Of a stretch of 23,986 bases of DNA, positions 22,674 to 23,986 are shown in pieces. The notes under the pieces were generated by a model. The model had not been told where the DNA came from. It saw only the letters and a program-made list of their open reading frames with translations, and made no database searches. Origin of the DNA: a virus (Duplodnaviria > Heunggongvirae > Uroviricota > Caudoviricetes); the IMG/VR virus record IMGVR_UViG_2529292907_000023, positions 1 through 23,986 of that record; one strand, written 5' to 3'. Position 1 is the stretch's first letter; each line of letters starts with the position of its first letter. A program made the position numbers and the translations under genes.

Positions 22674-23986
22674 ATGGATAAAGTCAAATATCCAACAGGC
22701 GTCGAAAACCACGGCGGCACATTACGCATCTGGTTTAATTTTAAAGGTAAACGTGTCAGGGAAAATCTTGGTGTCCCTGACACTGCCAAGAACAGGAAGA
22801 TCGCCGGGGAACTGCGGACATCAGTATGTTTTGCCATCCGCACAGGAAGCTTTGATTATGCTGCACAGTTCCCTGACTCCCCCAACCTTCAGGCTTTTGG
22901 GGTAAGTAAAAAGAAATTACGGTGAAGGAACTTGAAGAAAAGTGGCTGGATCTGAAACGAATGGAAATCTCTGCAAATGCATTCAATCGCTATGAATCCG
23001 TTGCAAGAACGATGGTTCCGAAAATTGGAGGCAGTAGACTGGTGTCATCGGTAACCAAAGAGGAATTGCTGTATATCAGGAAAGATTTGCTGACCGGGTA
23101 TCAGAATTCAACGAAAAACAAAGCAGCAGCAAAAGGACGGAGCGTCGTTACTGTAAATTATTACATGACGACAATCGCTGGAATGTTTCAGTTTGCTGCA
23201 GATCACGGTTACTTAGAAGCAAATCCCTTCCAGGGAATTAAGCCTCTTAAAAGAGCCAGGGCAGAGCCAGATCCGCTAACTCGTGACGAATTTATTCGCC
23301 TGATAGATGCTTGCCGACATCAGCAGACGAAAAACCTGTGGTCATTGGCTGTGTACACAGGAATGCGTCACGGTGAACTGGTCTCCCTGGCCTGGGAAGA
23401 TATCGATCTGAAGGCAGGAACAATTACCATCAGGCGCAATTATACGAAACTTGGTGAGTTCACTCTACCGAAAACTGAAGCAAGCACAAACAGGGTTGTG
23501 CACCTTATCCAGCCCGCTATCAGTGTCCTGAAAAATCAGGCTGAAATGACAAGACTGGGTAAGCAGTACAACATCAAGGTGCAACTACGTGAATATAGAC
23601 GTTCAGTGAACCATGAATGTACTTTCGTGTTTAACCCTCAAGTGGTTAGAAAAAGCGAACAGGTAGGTTTTGTCTACAAAGTCGATTCTGTAGGTGACTC
23701 ATGGGAAACAGCCATTAAGCGTGCAGGGATCAGGCATCGAAAGGCATACCAGTCACGACACACTTATGCGTGCTGGTCATTATCTGCCGGAGCAAACCCA
23801 AGCTTCATTGCCAGCCAGATGGGCCATGCAAGTGCCCAGATGGTATTCAATGTATACGGAGCATGGATGACTGACAGCAATGCAGAACAGATCGCAATGC
23901 TGAATCAGAAGCTGACAGATTATGTCCCAATGATGCCCCATAGTCACCAAAGTGACACCAGAGGCTTATTAAAATCAGTAAGTTAA
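22674..23986 (+). pseudogene. int: Phage tyrosine integrase interrupted by a -1 frameshift in an A-run (arm-binding domain 22674-22925; core and catalytic domains 22922-23986)
   Basis: N-terminal ORF carries an arm-binding-type motif (KYPTGVENHGGTLRIWFNFKGKRVRE); the second ORF carries the catalytic core (R…HTYACWSLSAGANPSFIASQMGHASAQMVFNVY). The frames switch at GTAAGTAAAAAGAAATTACGG (about 22902-22922); a -1 shift at the AAA-AAG codons reads through as ...VSKKEITVKELEEKW... Confidence 0.75.

Noticed and set aside
22900-22925. Programmed -1 ribosomal frameshift in the integrase
   Set aside because: The slip site is T-AAA-AAG rather than a canonical X-XXY-YYZ heptamer, no obvious stimulatory structure follows, and integrases are not known to need frameshifting; mutation or homopolymer sequencing error is more likely. 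Kept as a caveat.

Overview
This window is most of a lambdoid prophage (phage 21 / Stx-phage-like late region, Enterobacteriaceae / E. coli-like), abutted on the left by an IS21-family element. Reading left to right: IS21-family istA-istB (1-~2430, +); then the late/lysis region on the minus strand: an unknown 268-aa ORF, an S21-type pinholin, a NanS-p sialate O-acetylesterase, an empty ~450-bp stretch where stx would sit in Stx phages, three tRNAs (Arg-UCU, Arg-UCG, Ile-CAU), an orphan DNA methyltransferase, a small ORF, tR'/pR' and antiterminator Q. Further right on the minus strand is the early-right operon: a DUF968 protein, DnaB-like helicase, DnaC-like loader, O-like initiator with internal iterons, three small ORFs, two Rha-like regulators and a cro-position ORF. 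The immunity region has a CI-type LexA-like repressor (+, 15817-16473) with a repeated GTATCA motif on both sides. The early-left region (+) carries many small accessory ORFs, Ea22-like paralogs, a cassette flanked by 24-bp direct repeats, an excisionase-like gene and a tyrosine integrase interrupted by a -1 frameshift in an A-run. No stx, no CRISPR array and no recognisable endolysin are present. Taken together (IS next to the lysis cassette, missing endolysin, frameshifted integrase) the prophage is probably defective. The most interesting candidates for undescribed function are the 268-aa ORF coupled to the pinholin, the two-gene HTH cassette just downstream of cI (rexAB-equivalent position) and an AT-rich orphan island at 17.4-18.3 kb. 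All product calls rest on motif recognition and recalled family features, not on database searches.
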